DNA of 64,000 nucleotides, taken from the NCBI GenBank assembly GCA_022447825.1, contig JAKUTY010000004.1:6180-70179 (forward strand), read 5' to 3'. Position numbers and translations under genes: made by a program. Shown here in pieces: positions 63,376 through 64,000 of this stretch (position 1 is its first letter; each line of letters starts with the position of its first letter). This DNA comes from SAR202 cluster bacterium. GTDB lineage: Bacteria > Chloroflexota > Dehalococcoidia > Lucifugimonadales > UBA826. The notes under the pieces were generated by a model. That model did no database searches and was not told the DNA's origin. It saw only the letters and a list, made by a program, of their open reading frames with translations.

Positions 63376-64000
63376 CTAAATTATTAAGCTTTCTAATGAT
63401 ATAGCTAAGAATATTGCTGCTAAGTATGCTAGAGAAAATAAATATGTTGGTAGAGCTAGAGAAATTTCCTTATCTTTTAGCAATTTCCATGCAAATACGA
63501 TAAATCCTAAATTAACTAGTAATGTTGTAATTCCATATATGGGACCAAGCTGGTCAACGAATACCCAAGAAATTATTCCAAATATTAAAAGCACTAATGT
63601 GTAAATAAATATTTGAACTTTTGTGTGATGAACCCCTGATACGACAGGTAGCATTGGAATGCCTGCTTTTTTATAGTCATCTTTTAGCAAAAGAGATAAC
63701 GCCCAAAAATGTGGAGGCGTCCACAAAAAAATTAATGCAAATAGAGTGATTGGTGCTAAATGAATAAAATCACCAGTGACAGCGCTCCAACCGATGACAG
63801 GAGGGATGGCACCTGCAGCACCTCCTATTACAATGTTTTGTGAAGTGTAACGTTTTAGTCCAATGGTATAAATGAACACATAAAATAATGTAGCGCTAAT
63901 AGCCAATATGCCACTAATTAAATTTGTATATTGCCATAAAATTGTAAATCCTATGATATTCAATACAATTCCAAAAATTAAAGCACCAATAGGGTTTACT
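63376..64000 (-). CDS. ctaB: Protoheme IX farnesyltransferase (heme O synthase), N-terminus beyond the window end
   Basis: WTPPHFWALS and GGAAGAIPPVIGW motifs. The reading frame stays open to nt 64000. Confidence 0.92.
   Translation of the reverse strand, partial: VNPIGALIFGIVLNIIGFTILWQYTNLISGILAISATLFYVFIYTIGLKRYTSQNIVIGGAAGAIPPVIGWSAVTGDFIHLAPITLFALIFLWTPPHFWALSLLLKDDYKKAGIPMLPVVSGVHHTKVQIFIYTLVLLIFGIISWVFVDQLGPIYGITTLLVNLGFIVFAWKLLKDKEISLALPTYLFSLAYLAAIFLAISLESLII

Noticed and set aside
1-64000. CRISPR arrays, transposons, prophage, toxin-antitoxin or defence islands, rRNA, tRNA-Sec
   Set aside because: Reading both strands I found no spaced direct repeats, no transposase, integrase or phage-like ORFs, and no non-coding gap longer than about 230 nt (the longest is the T-box leader). 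No gap has a tRNA-Sec-like long-arm cloverleaf with a UCA anticodon.

Overview
AT-rich (about one-third G+C by eye, not computed), very gene-dense chromosomal segment from a streamlined aerobic bacterium. Nearly every base is coding. I saw no transposase, integrase, phage gene, CRISPR array or long repeat. Content is mostly core. It includes tuf-rpmG-secE-nusG-rplKAJL (not followed by rpoBC), a Trp T-box leader in front of a fused trpS-trpEGDCF operon, and hisH-hisA-(methyltransferase)-hisF-hisIE. It also holds rplU-rpmA-rpmE, nusA-infB-rbfA-truB, modABC, rpmH-rnpA-yidD-(beta-propeller lipoprotein)-yidC-jag, tRNA-Gln(UUG), trxB-crcB, thrS-infC-rpmI-rplT and a caa3-type oxidase cluster (ctaB-C-D-E-F-G, small membrane protein, SCO1). 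Other genes are NiSOD with its SodX protease, coaBC/coaX, nadE and ispH. T-box use, a short YidC with a basic tail plus Jag, and Bacillus-type CtaD/CtaG suggest a monoderm-like lineage, possibly marine Chloroflexota. That taxonomic guess is weak. The best discovery candidate is 6748-7236. Two ORF-track fragments are one reading frame joined by an in-frame TGA sitting exactly at the first Cys of a thioredoxin-fold CxxC motif (U-G-T-C). A 17-nt hairpin follows 10 nt downstream, and selB lies in the same window, so this is probably an exported lipoprotein selenoprotein. Secondary observations include a 113-nt dual-coding yidC/jag overlap, a terminator-like leader upstream of nusA, an AUA start for infC, a thiolase-like/DUF35 pair lacking an obvious nucleophilic Cys, and a large membrane protein with three internal repeats.
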